Origin: Convolutriloba macropyga
Lineage: Eukaryota
Direction: 5' to 3'
DNA: 64,000 nt
NCBI RefSeq assembly: GCF_964194025.1
Contig: NC_134469.1
Coordinates: 17,670,001-17,734,000 of the forward strand
Position numbers and translations under genes: made by a program. The notes under the pieces were generated by a model. The model saw only the letters and a list, made by a program, of their open reading frames with translations. It was not told where the DNA came from and ran no database searches. Below are positions 40,001 through 53,047 of the stretch, piece after piece (position 1 is the stretch's first letter; each line of letters opens with the position of its first letter).

Positions 40001-43000
40001 GCAAAGCCATACACGGTCAGAACATGAATTAAACATACAAAGACATCATAGAATCATTGGAAGTCAAAATTAAAGGTCACAGGCTCGATGGTCAAAGGAG
40101 TGGGAACGCGGATTCTCTTTTCAATGACCATTTGTCGAGTAGTGTGACCACCACCAACACCAGCCCCGCCACCAAAGATGCCTCCTCCAACTTTCGACTC
40201 CGATCTATGAGTTGCCAAACTGCTGGTCCGGCCTCCGCCACCCCCAAAGCCAGCAGCACCCAGACGTGAAAGGGAGACTCGAAGGGAGCTGTTGTCGCTA
40301 CCAGAAATAGTGCTGCCTCCATGGTTCATTGGTAAACCTGAAAACAGGTAAATCAAAACGTCACTTTTTGAGATGCACTTGTGATGTTCGCGCCAACTGA
40401 GATGACACTTTCAAAAAACTTCAAAAAGCTTCTGAAACCGCCGTTTTCATGATAATCGAAGGTCGAACGTCTACAATTTTTTAAGATCAGCGTCATCCAA
40501 AAAGAAATACAAAGCGTCTATTTAAAAACGTTTAAAGAGCCACTTTATACTGAGGTAAGTACTATATTAATAGAAAACATAAACCGTCTAAGGTTGGACA
40601 AATTGCTCTCGAACGCCAGTCGGAACAATTTAATTCAGAGAGGGCTGAGGTCTAGATAAATTTTTCTTTATGGCGGCAGAAAAGTTGACTAGCGAAGAAT
40701 CTGAACCCGCGATAGTCGGCTTGCTAGACTAAAACCACTCAGCTATGCGGTCCTGGTAATATCCTACCTTACAATAGCTTTTGGTTTAGCAACAAGACTT
40801 AATTTATGAAGAGCTATTTAGATCACGCATGAATATAAGTTGAGCGGCCAAAAGTTACTCGAGAGATTTCGACAGAATGTTCTAGAAGAAAACGGTTAAG
40901 CACAAATTTTGCGTCAAGAAAACTTGACAATGAAATTGGAGAAACACAAACTCGGAGGAACAGTTTTGAACTGGTTTACCTTATGTCCAACCAATAGATC
41001 ACGTATGGAGCGCGGTTTCTGCACGGAATACTTCTCGCGCCTCTATTTTTGACAATTTTTTTCTGACGATGCAAAAAACTTCGATGAGCGACGACGAACC
41101 TCGCCTTAGTCAAGAATTAATTAAGCTGATAAATTGATTCAACAGGAAACATCTAATGCTAAACATAACATAAAACAAAGTTCTTTTCCAATTACCCAAC
41201 TGATGTCGTATTCGATAAGGAAATTGAACGAACTCAAACAGTAGGGTATGACTCCGGATCAAACTTCGAGTGACTCCGAATCAAACTCTGAATTTCAGTA
41301 TACACATCCAACAACTTAAAAACATGGCCGACTAACGTCGGGCGTATTGCTCTCAAACGCCCGGCAAGCGGTTGGCTTCGGTGACTATGAGAGGGGTGGA
41401 GCAACGGTGGGAGAGGGGCTCTTTGGCTGCACGGGGCCCACAATCTTACGGCCTGAACAATGTGCAGGGGTGCCCCCCCCCCTCACGCACCCTGAAATTG
41501 TCTCTCAGAACAGTTTCGGTGAATCGCATACTTGGAGACTAATAAGTTGTAAGGCTCTAAGAGAGCTGCACGGCCACTTAAAGCCCTCCGTGAGCTACCT
41601 GTCATCCCGTTTTTGAGTACGAAAAGTCAAATGTGTCAGACAAAAAATCGCATAAGAACACAGACAGGACTGATATAATTTCTACAATCTTCGTTTGAGA
41701 GTAATTAAAAAGCTGTCAAAACATCTTGCAGTGGTTTCGGGACTACAATAAGGTAAACAGAGGGGTTCCCATAAGATATAAAACCTATTTCCAATCAGCA
41801 ATGCAATACGATATGCTAGTCAAGGGATCAACTTCAAAAACTCATTTAATAACTTATATACAATGCAGAAAAAAAATTAGAAACAACCCAGCATTTGGCT
41901 CTTCAAAGCAGTTTATGACATAATAAATCATTAGTCCAATGATTTCAATTTCGTATGAGAAAAGCTTGATACTGCGGCAATCCCTGCAAGAACTGCTTCG
42001 GGCATATTTGAGGTACGGAAACCCAAATTTGTTGAATTAAAACACTACCTAAAATTGAGAGGAGCAATAATTTTGAAATACCTGGCTTCTAGGATAATTT
42101 AATTAACTGACATATCCTGCACTGATTCCACGAGGTTTCAATGCCTCGCGACATCAAACAATTTCTTGGAGTGCGCAAATCAAGCTCGACAAATTTGGAC
42201 TCCCTTAGGTACGACTTGCAGCTGCTAACTACAGACGAAAAATGTCTTCTCTTCATTACACGTTGAGATGTTATATTTTGAAAAACAATATGTATAAATC
42301 ATTGCTGCTTCGATTAGCGGCATTAAAATAACCTTCATATAGAGTGACACTCATTCACTTGACCTTATCTCTTTGAATACGAGCGAGGGAGCCATTTTTG
42401 AATGAGGTAAGTCACGTGTAACCAAAAACTTAATCAGGCAAATGAACAAACTCGCTCCACTAAGAGCAAAAAAGGACGTGACGCACGCAATTCATTTGAA
42501 ATTGTATGAGCGAATGTACAAAAATCAGATTTGAAGTGACTGCAACGTCATATGGTCGTAGCTATCGCATTGCGACTATGAACAAGACAAAACTAATGTT
42601 AACCTCAATTCACTGTAGCTGTCGCAGAAAACAAAGTACCATTTTTATAAATCGGGGAAAACAAACTTTACTAACAGAAACAATCCAAAAGTGTATCACC
42701 ACCTTAATAGCTCAAGTCCTACAGCTCGTTACAAGCACCTTAGAGAGGGAGAGAGAGATAGANNNNNNNNNNNNNNNNNNNNNNNNNNNNNNNNNNNNNN
42801 NNNNNNNNNNNNNNNNNNNNNNNNNNNNNNNNNNNNNNNNNNNNNNNNNNNNNNNNNNNNNNNNNNNNNNNNNNNNNNNNNNNNNNNNNNNNNNNNNNNN
42901 NNNNNNNNNNNNNNNNNNNNNNNNNNNNNNNNNNNNNNNNNNNNNNNNNNNNNNNNNNNNNNNNNNNNNNNNNNNNNNNNNNNNNNNNNNNNNNNNNNNN

Positions 43001-46000
43001 NNNNNNNNNNNNNNNNNNNNNNNNNNNNNNNNNNNNNNNNNNNNNNNNNNNNNNNNNNNNNNNNNNNNNNNNNNNNNNNNNNNNNNNNNNNNNNNNNNNN
43101 NNNNNNNNNNNNNNNNNNNNNNNNNNNNNNNNNNNNNNNNNNNNNNNNNNNNNNNNNNNNNNNNNNNNNNNNNNNNNNNNNNNNNNNNNNNNNNNNNNNN
43201 NNNNNNNNNNNNNNNNNNNNNNNNNNNNNNNNNNNNNNNNNNNNNNNNNNNNNNNNNNNNNNNNNNNNNNNNNNNNNNNNNNNNNNNNNNNNNNNNNNNN
43301 NNNNNNNNNNNNNNNNNNNNNNNNNNNNNNNNNNNNNNNNNNNNNNNNNNNNNNNNNNNNNNNNNNNNNNNNNNNNNNNNNNNNNNNNNNNNNNNNNNNN
43401 NNNNNNNNNNNNNNNNNNNNNNNNNNNNNNNNNNNATACCGACAGACAGAGACACACAAAAACGCACAGAAAGATAGAGATCAAAGGAGCTAGAGAGCGG
43501 CCGATGAGAGACGAAAAGCATTGACACACAACATGGACAGCCAGAAGGATAGTACTTTGATAATATAAGGCGGATAATCTGACAGAATGCAAAACATGAT
43601 CTTCCAATAGCAAGTCTTTACAGCTATAAATCATAATCTTGCCTGCTAGAGCCAAAATTTCTATTGTACAGAAAATTGAAGATCAAGACATTCGACAGAT
43701 TTCATAAACACCACCAGTAATTGCAGTTTCTTCACCACTAGTTGATGCTAAAAAAGTTAAGTTTGCTTTATGTGTACGAATTCTTTCAAATAGAGTGCGA
43801 TAAAATTAAATGCACTCTCGTACCCTATATAAATGAAGCAAAGACTTTGAATGAGATAAATGACATTATCAAAAATAATTAAGAAGAAACTAAACAAAAT
43901 AAAAGTCTCTTTACGACATCTCGTCACTTTTGTTAAACACACCTTGAATGACCAAACTATTGTTTTCAGTTTCTGCGCTACAAACCGTTTATAGCAAAAA
44001 TTGTAATAAGAAAATCCAGCGAATAATACACTACTCAATCAAAGAGAGCTTCGAAAGAAAAGACTAGCAACAGGTGCCTAAATTGCCAATCGTGGATTTC
44101 TAAGAAAAGTGAATGAAATTTCCCTTACATGAGATACACAAAAAAGTTAGCGACAAAATTTTGAGATTGTATAACTCACACTATGTAAAAGCAAACAACC
44201 AACCAACTAACGTCGGAAGAATTCAATTGCTCTAGAAAACGATGAGAGCTTGATCTATTGCAGCCTGTTTCCGTCGCGGGAGGGGAAGGGGGGTGACCGG
44301 AGGAGCGGGAATAAGAAGGTCTTCAAATGGCGCCATTTGAGGTTATTATATACTCGATTAAATTTTCAGGATCTTTTCCGTTATGCGCCATGTAAAAATA
44401 TGGCACGTGCGTCTAGGGGATACAAATAATATCCGCCCACTAAGATGGGGGGCACAAACGGAAAGTATTCCAATTTTTAAAATGACAACACTTTCGGCGC
44501 GCATTTATTTGATTTTTTAAAATCAAATGTCACGTTAATCAATTGAGTTCAGCTGCTTAAAAAGGCAAAAAGTCAAGTGGGTAAAAATCACTCAAAAAAT
44601 CAGAACGGCCAAGCAAAAATTTTACATAAAAAGACGCACGTTTACAATAATGGCTTTAAACTTCGTTCGAGAGCAATTTGTTTGACAAAAAGTCAATGAA
44701 AAACCAATTTGAGTAAACGACGCGAGCACTACTTTTCCGTAGAAAATGAATTACCATGGCATTCGACGGTACAAAACGTTTAAATTACTTAAAGAAATTT
44801 TGATCACCGAAAAGTCAAATCATATACATCAAATCGGAGAACTTCTGATTGCATCTTCACCCACCTCACTAGATTTTGCCCACCCTCAAACATATATACA
44901 TATATAATGTTTGAGTTAACCAGAGTAACTAAACTACCCAATGCTTAAAGATATGCTATTCTAAGCATACTGCAGATTTCTAACTGTTGATCAACAAATA
45001 TTATCGCACCCTGAGATACATTTCTTTGTCTGCTCTCCTGGCTTGACCTTCTGGCATGTGAGTCATCCGCATGGCCCAAGTGGTTGTTGTTACTGTTGTT
45101 GACATCCCATAAGAGGTTATTCCTTCGTGAGACATGAGTTATCCTCTCAACTAGAATGTCCTCCAATGGACACAGCTGCATCGCACGTTTCTCCAGCTCA
45201 CGTGAGTAGCGCAGATATTTTTTGTCTTGATGTTCCTGTTGGTCAAATCATAAAACAATTTATTTAACTTGTAATCGAATAAATTACCAAGGCAATTGAT
45301 ACGTATTAAAGGTGAAAATTAGAGCCAGCTAAAATTTTAAGCTAATGATGCAACAATATCAATTTTACAAAGATACAATAGCAAACCGACTAGTTCCAAA
45401 ATACATAATCTATGGTTTAAAAAATTCATACTGACTAGAGAATTAGAAACAGCAAAAACAGCGGTGCAAAAGTCAAATGATGACCAAATACACTTCGAGA
45501 ACGTTAACAAATCCAAATTATTTGCCCGCTTTTTGACGATCAATTATCACACACTTGCTACTGCACGCTTAGTGCTCATTCGTTGATTATTTGATTCAAG
45601 ACGGGACTATATAGAGACGCAAATGCAACAAATAAAGCTCCAACTGACCGATTCTCTGAGAGCCATAGCAGCCTGCATCTTGGCCAACTCTTGCATAGCA
45701 CTCCTGTGGTTTGCGGCTGTCGTCTGTTGCAACAGGAGTTCCTCTAAGGACAGCTGAGGCTCATTTGCTGATTTGTGTCTCCGAGGCGCTTTCGGAATTG
45801 ACACTAACACATGGCGTTTACTTCGGTCCCAATCAGTGTAGCTAATAGACAAAACCAACAAAAACTAGTTGAACATTCAATTGAAGATAAAAAGTGCCCT
45901 GCCCCCATCATAACGTTCAAGTTTAAGTTTTAAATTCTACGCCTCATTCTGTAAAGATGCAGGAGATTTAATAATGTGGTTCAAAATTATGCACGTTAAA

Positions 46001-49000
46001 CCACTAAAAAATACAGCGCTGTTACTCTTGAAGTTTAGTTGTAAACGATTAAGTTGGGAAACGATATGTAAAATCAGATCTCTTCTGTTTTGCCCCCCCT
46101 CCTCCAGTCCTATATAACCAGTCTGTTTCTACCCCCCCCCAAATATGTAGCTTTTGGTCCTTGGAGATTCCTTATTTTAATCATAATAAATTGCGGGCAC
46201 CTGTAGAAGATTAGATGACTTTTGTTTCCACTGCCATAAAGCAAATCTCAAGAAAGATAAGCGCAAAATAGTAAAATACACATTATTGTCTGCCTACATT
46301 ATAAGCAAAGTTGAAATACTGTAAATGTGACAACTCCATAACTTCGCTACATCATTAAATTGTAAATGTTTTTTCTGCGTAATTGTATGAAATGCAAACA
46401 ATACGCTATAACTAGTGTAATTGGGGATGCAAATGGACGTGGGGGAAGAGGGGAATACAGAGAAAATCCGTCAAATCAACTCATAATAGTTTATTGTTGG
46501 AAACTAACTTGCCCGCATTAGAAAGAAAAACTTGTACATCGAAAAATTTATCAAAAATAGACAATCACAGGCGGTATACTGTCGGATATTTTCCGCAAAA
46601 CAATGTTTGGAAATTGATTGAGAATACTGGAGGAAAATGAAAAACTTAGTCCCGAAAAAAATTACCGGCAAGAAGATTTCATTTCAGATTTCAAGCTTAA
46701 TAAGCAATAAGATTTATTTTTTTTCGACACAAAATGGCCTCCCTAAGAATAGTCAGCCTCCTTCTTCTAGGGAGCTTCATCATTGGTTTCCGTGGCTCTA
46801 AAAGGTTAAAAAATTAGTTGTCGCATAAAGGCGGTTGTTAGTTTCATTCGTCTGCTTGTGCCTTATTAGAGAGCATATTTCTCAGAGGATACTTCTCATC
46901 TTTCATGTATCCTTAATCTGTATATAGTGTTAGTTGTTCTATTAATCTTCATTTTATTGATAGGTTTGAAAAAAACTATAGCCGGCAGACTGCCGAAATA
47001 GCAGCGAAATAGACTTACGTGATGTAGATAGCAACTTTTTGCTGCACTTGTCAACTTTTTCAAAGAAGTTTTCAAAGTAAAAAAAATCTTTTCGAAAAAT
47101 TTCAAATTACTTATTTCATTTTGGTCGCCATAATTTATTATTACCACTAATCACTATTTAGGAGACCAATATTGACCTTTAAAGGGGGTAAAGAGATCTC
47201 AAAAGTCAACTATAATCAAAACACTTATCATCCGGTAAAGCTTAAAATTCACCGTCAATTAGTTTAAGAAATGACGCCACTCACATAAAAGTAGCAAATA
47301 AGCAAAGAAATTGCAGCATGAGAAGATCAACAAAATTGTTCTTCTGAAGTTTGCAGCCTGAAAAAATCTTAAACAGCGCCCGACGAAGAAACAAAAACAA
47401 AAACCAAGATCACCGCAATATAGCTACGCTCGCTCACCTTACAGCTTCGCAGCTATAACAAAATCTTAGATAGACGTAGCGATTGACGAACCCCAGACCA
47501 GTCAATATTCATCGGGGCCTTTTTCATCCGAACATTTCATTTTTAGCTCAATCTTTGATGTACTTTTTTTTCGATTACCCTCAAATATTAGACCCCGAAG
47601 GTGTACTTTAAAAGCAAGGTCATACAATTCAGTAAAAGAACCATTCCGGCGATGGGCTTTAGATGATTTACTTTTTAATTTAAAAACTTTATTACAAATA
47701 AAAACTATTAACTCCATGAACATCTTAACTCCATAAAAAGGACCAATATTCTCCAGACGTTTCAAATGAGGTCTTCACACAACCTGTCCCACCCATTGAT
47801 ACAATGAATAACCAGATACTTGATCACCACGAAATTGCCTTACAGGATTTTTTCGTCAATGATTTTGCGATTTTCGAAAAATCTTCACATTAATTATATC
47901 AGTGTTGGTAGCAATGTGCTCCATAGCCTGATTTAGTAACCACTTCGAACAAACAGTTCCTGCAAACGCAGAAAACATATTTAGCAGTAAACTAGAAATG
48001 CTAGGAAAATAGGAAATTTCAAAGAAAGAATGAATTTTTCCGAGAAATAATTACAAATGTTTAACTCAAATTTAAAAATCTAATTTTATTTAAAACATAC
48101 CCGGCAGATTGCCGGAAAATAGCCGCCGTTGATTCCCATAACTCTATTGGGATTGAAAGAAAAGAAAATATCAACAAAAATGGATTTTTGTATAAAAACA
48201 TTTTTAAGTGCGATTTACTTTGATGTCATTTCGTAATTGAACATACTCCTGTCTCTCAGTGAGAGAATACAGTGTCTAGTATCAATACCAATGAGCATTA
48301 TAGATAGTAACTAAAACTTATGAGAACATATTTCAAGTACCGGGCATCTAAAAACGGGCTTTATGGGTTTATCCCGTTTCCATTTCTGACTTTGATTTTT
48401 TGGATTCAATTTTCTGACTCTCTTCATTTTGGATTGCTTTGCTGAGCAGCTGCTGTTTAAAAGGACTTTGAGCAGAATGACAGAAGAGTGAAACTAGCCT
48501 AGAGAAGTCAAAAAGATTTCACGCAAAATGGCGAAAAAGCGGCAAAATGGGTAAAGCGAAAAAAAGTTCGACGAAGTAAAAAAAAATAGGAGCGCTATAC
48601 TAGCCGGCTGAGAAGATGATGGTGGCTATTAATAAAGTAAATATAAGCCGACTAATGTCGGAGGAATTGCTCCCCAACGGCATGCAGGTGGGAAAATATT
48701 TGATCACGCCGGGATTCAAACAACTGACCTGCCGCTCCTTTGCCAGAAAAACTGACCAATCGCCTATCAGGCCCTTATTGTTGCTATGCTGCAACCGATT
48801 TTTTTTATTAGCAATAAGCTTTACTTCAAAGTGAGAACAATAGAGATCACTCAAAAATGAACGAAAGCGAGAAAAGTCACTTGCGAAGTAAAAGAATGTT
48901 CTAGAAGAAAAGCGTAAAAAAGGTCAAGCAAAAAATTTGCATAAAAAAGACCAGCACGTTTACAATAATTGCTTTGAACTTCGTTCAAGAGCAATTAATC

Positions 49001-49829
49001 AAAATGAAGCATAGTAGACTCTGAAAGGATAGACAACAAGATCATTTTTCAGATCCGCTTTTCAGCCTACCCGACCAGGACACTGAACATAGTTTTTCAC
49101 GGTTTTTCAAGTGTCCAAAACAATTAGAAAAACACCACGAACTTTTCCTTCCCGGGACCAGTGTTTGACAACGCACTAGCGCCTGCTAAGACACAAGACA
49201 TGTATTGTTTTCTCTTACTGTTTTTTTTTTGTATTCTCGGAGAAATATTGTTTTTGTCTTCCACGAAGAGAAAAATCCGGGATAAATACAATGTACTTCA
49301 TAAAAACCAAGAGAAATACAGCGCTACTTGTTCGAATACACAAGCAACAATTACAAGGCAAAATTTCACCGAAACAGTGCTCGAAAATAATTCAAGACAT
49401 CTTATTTTTCCAGCTCGTCCTGTAAAACAAAGAAACTTGCAATAACTCCCAACAGCAATTGCATTGAAGCTATTGATCAGCCAAAAGATAAAAATAAAAA
49501 GCTTCAAAAAAAAAATTTCAATAAAAAAGCTTCACCGAAGTTCATTCCAGAAACTGATTTTTATCTTACGTGACTCTTTTGAAAAAACGACAATCGTAGC
49601 GGTGCCTCAATTTCTGTTCCGTTGACTCAGCAAGCACTTCACTTGCCTCGTGGCCACACTCACAATAGCTATCACTAGTATTCTCTAGAGCATTCAACCT
49701 GAGATCACAGCCCTTGCAAAAATCTGGGGACTCTGAGCTCTTCAGGTCATCTCGGTTTCTTCTTTGTTTGAGAATCGAGCAGTTAATAAGCGGAAAAGGT
49801 TCGATTTCCACAGTAGGTGAATCCACCAT
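31079..49829 (-). CDS. Multi-exon gene, uncharacterised, largely low-complexity/disordered protein; 3' end not resolved
   Basis: Phase-consistent GT-AG exon chain: 49829-49570, 45841-45649, 45235-45010, 40337-~40081, ~39608-39104, 31759-31638, 31339-31199, 31160-31079. It includes ORFs 49566, 45607, 44945, 40054 and 39018. The 40081/39608 junction and the first exon are uncertain. Confidence 0.55.
33041..33540 (+). pseudogene. LINE SGNH/GDSL esterase ORF (frameshift near 33415)
   Basis: IFADSQ (block I), SLPGA (II), LFIGGND (III), and DAVHL (V) in the shifted frame at ~33487-33501. Confidence 0.8.
33757..34485 (+). pseudogene. LINE ORF1: PHD-like finger plus RRM-like region, frameshifted
   Basis: CVCCATIMH...C...LLCNAC, then IRIRGIDES...CRRM...RTIL...VYISKDYS. 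Confidence 0.7.
34580..37344 (+). pseudogene. LINE ORF2: AP endonuclease plus reverse transcriptase, disrupted
   Basis: ORF fragments 34861, 36168, 36521 and 36772 carry APE and RT motifs in order; GYADDYK at ~36500-36520. Confidence 0.92.
39104..39692 (-). CDS. Largest exon of the uncharacterised - strand gene
   Basis: 224-aa open frame with donor CAG|GTAAAG at 39103; acceptor ambiguous. Confidence 0.6.
40690..40753 (-). mobile_element. Degenerate tRNA-derived SINE head
   Basis: The - strand reads TAGCTGAGTGG (A-box) ... GGGTTCAGATTC (B-box-like). Confidence 0.4.
42310..42560 (+). repeat. Dispersed repeat, copy 2
   Basis: Homologous to 26480-26750. Confidence 0.8.
42741..43520. repeat. 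GA/GACA-rich microsatellite spanning an assembly gap
   Basis: GA-rich repeats on both flanks of the N run. Confidence 0.7.
48093..48611 (+). repeat. Dispersed ~520-bp repeat, copy 2
   Basis: Homologous to 30435-30951. Confidence 0.85.
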
Positions 49830-50568
49830 TAGTTTTAAAAACAGAATGCTTGAACAATTTAAACGGCTTGGAGATGGCTGAATTAGTGAATTTGAGCAAC
49901 GTATTTGCTGTGCATGCTAAGGCTGAGCGTTTCAAATACGTGCATTTTTAAATTGGATGCGAGTAATCAATTATTAATTTGCTTAGAAAACACTAGCAGT
50001 AAAATTAGATGGAAAAATCTGTACAATGACAGTTTTCCACAAAAGAAATAATTTCCTTTACGCTTCTTCTCACGTTGTAGGCTGGCTATGTTCTGATAGC
50101 CTTGCAGCGGGTTCTACCTTAACCATGTGGACAAATAAATACAAGTGTTCTACTAAATATGCATTACTAAAAGCAAACAATGAGCCCGCAACTTCCACTC
50201 ACGACTTTTTCCTGGAACCATTCTATCATCATTATCATCAATTCTTATACACCTCTCCGTGAACCCATAATTGTTTCTTAATTTCCACAATGCTTCAGAT
50301 AGTCTCGTGGGGTTGTGAAAATTTGAAGAATAAAGTTTTACTTAAATCTAAATTTATGAGCACCAATTTGGCCGTATGTTGCGTTGACACCCAAACAAAA
50401 CTCAATGTCAGTACAATTCCAACAGCAGAACATATCGGTTACTTAGTTGAGGTTTGACAAAGCTAATGAGAGCCTTAAGTTATTTTTTAAACAAGCACAG
50501 AAGCTACTAGCTCAGGTTATTAACCAAACGTCATCAGAATAATACAAAACTGAAATAGAAGCTTGACT

Positions 50569-53047
50569 TTAGCCGATTAACAGTTTCTCAATTCCGACAA
50601 CCGGAGATTCTAACAGCAGAACACAGATGAAGGCGAAAGCATAGGACAAAACAGCATTGGCCACAAACTGAACGGCGTAGGTTGTTGAGCTGAAGTTGAA
50701 AGTGCTGTCGGCTGTCATGTATAAATACTGGATCACAAGAATGTGTACCAGATACGTCATGTACGTCAGTCTGGACAACGGAATCCAGATTCGCATTGAC
50801 AAAAAGGAGTTGATGAAACCAGCGTATCCATACATGCAAGCCCAGATTAACCAGCAGATACAGCAACTCCACGCGGGTCTCGAAAAGCAATTGTACACAG
50901 CAGACATGAATCTTGAAGGGAAATGTCCAGTTGCAACGCCGTATGTTCCGTACAAAACAGCAATTGAGACTCCCCAAAACATAACCCAGCCTAACGCCAC
51001 GAAATACAAGCTAAGTCCTTTGAACTTTGGTGGGCTTTTAAAAACCATAAAACCAAACAGCATTCCGACGCCGTATGAACAAAAGCGGTTCCAGGGTTTG
51101 ATATACAAGTTGATGAAAACACCATCACTGTTGTAATGCTCTTTAGCATGTACGTTAATCATTCGCGAACTTGACGAAGGTGGGTAATTGTTAACATAAC
51201 TGACAATAAAATTGGACAAAGCGGACAATATGGTTAGCGAAGCAGTAGCCGCAAACCCAATTTTTGGTTGTTTGTACATATAATATACAAGAACTGGAGA
51301 AATCGCAAAAAACTGGAAGTCGTTAGCCAAGTACCAAGTCCAGCCAAGGCAGAAGTTAGATGTATACAAGTTGTTCACGTATAACAAATTGGCCCACCAT
51401 GCTTTCTCGCATCCATCGACCTGATTTATGCCAGGTTGCCATCTTGGAACTGAATCATTTCCCAAAACTTTCCAGATTCCAATTGTGAACAAAATGATCA
51501 AGGCCATAGCCGGTGTCAGCCTTATGTACCTTCGAACATAAAACAGGATCCAGAACTTCGCTTTGATATGACCATCCGCTTTCTTCATCTTTTTCAGAGT
51601 GAGGTAAGTCAACAAAAACGCACTGAGAACAAAGAAAGAATCTACAGACAATGTTGCATTGCCTATGACCTGATAGTTGAACCTTTGGAAGTAGCTGAAA
51701 GAGTAAAAGAAGTTGTTCCAATACATGGCAACACCTGGTTGCAATTTAAGCAAATAGTACATTGTATGACCCAGAATAACCCAGCCCAAACTCATAACCC
51801 TGATTCCGTTGAGACACAGAATTGAACCCTCGCCACTCTTTGTTGATATCAATTTCGGAATGTTAGTCGCCAGGGAAAATGCTATCAAGAACTTACACCA
51901 GGGTAAATGTTCAATTTTCATGGATCGCTTTCCAGATTCGCCTTTCTGAATCAAATAAGAGCTCTCAGGATCTCGTTCGTCGTTGATGGCACCCTCGCTT
52001 GACCGGTAGCTGTTTTCTGATTGGATCAGACGATCTCGCATGTAGACAATAAGGTAGTCCAATCCAGTTCCAACCATGACCAAAGCTCCCAATAACAGAA
52101 ACACAAAAACTGCAATCGCGAAGGTAGCATCGTATTTCCCACTATCCTCGCTAAGTAACGCGGTTTTCTCAAATTTAATTACATTGGTGTTGTTCATGAT
52201 GCCGAGTATCGTATCGAATACTGTTAGAATGTCATCACCAGAGCAACGCTTGGAAAAACAGACACCATAGAACACGCTGTATTCGGTTGAGCTGTTGAGC
52301 TGTTCATGTTTTGTTTGATTGTAATTCTAACAAGATGTTGCTGTGCTTCATAGAAGTCCACGTCCCGACATTCGGACGCACGTCCCAGCCAATTAACACT
52401 GCCTTGCAATATTCCTGGCATCGCTTTACCCCACGCATCTATGACCTAAAAGAACGCGCAATTGACCAGCAACCAAGAAAAAAAAGTAACATCTTTTGGG
52501 ATCCAACTCCCGTTCCTGGACAATGACAGTAATGAAGCATGCAAATAAATAACATATGACATCAAAACGTCTGCAATGGATTCAAAAATTTTCCAAGAAG
52601 CGAGCTTATTTTTCTAAAACGCAACCCTTCTTTTCGATCTTCAATAAATTTAGTTACTATTTCCATTTGCAACACCAGTTATCGATATAGCTATGCGTCT
52701 AGGAAAATCATAAACTGATAATAAATTTTACCAAATCAGGATGAAAAAACTTATACTATTCCCCTTTTCAGTCGAAAACTTCAAATTATAACCTTTAAAG
52801 CTCCCACACTTGTGTTCGGACTCTTCAGTTCATTCACGAGCAGTGCAATTTCAGCCCCACATTTAGTACTCACTCCCCACTTATCTGGATCCGATTCCAG
52901 AAACAGGGACAGGATCTCTGCCGGGTCAAAAGAATCCACAGTTTCAAAAGCTTCCACAACGTCCATCGGCTGCAGATCTATGCCAGATCCATACACGTTG
53001 ACTTGGAGTTGAACGCTTGCCAAACAAAAAACCATCAACAACATCAT
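50569..53047 (-). CDS. nrf-6: NRF-6-like O-acyltransferase paralog 2, two exons (53047-52793; 52445-50569), frameshifted at ~52289-52304 in this assembly
   Basis: Signal peptide, NRF motif VIDAWGKAMPGILQGSVNWLG, and LNGIRV/GHT/VDSFF/RRYIRLTP/WTWYLANDFQ/YIKPWNR/PLSRLTY acyltransferase-3 motifs; intron AAG|GTTATA...TTTTAG|GTC. Confidence 0.9.

Noticed and set aside
47285-47960. Possible extra exons of the - strand gene
   Set aside because: The ~47.8-47.96 kb segment has stops in all frames; the ~47.29-47.36 kb segment could be an alternative first exon but is unsupported.
50588-52270. Overlapping and antisense ORFs within NRF-6 paralog 2 and the LINE
   Set aside because: Shadow frames of real coding sequence.
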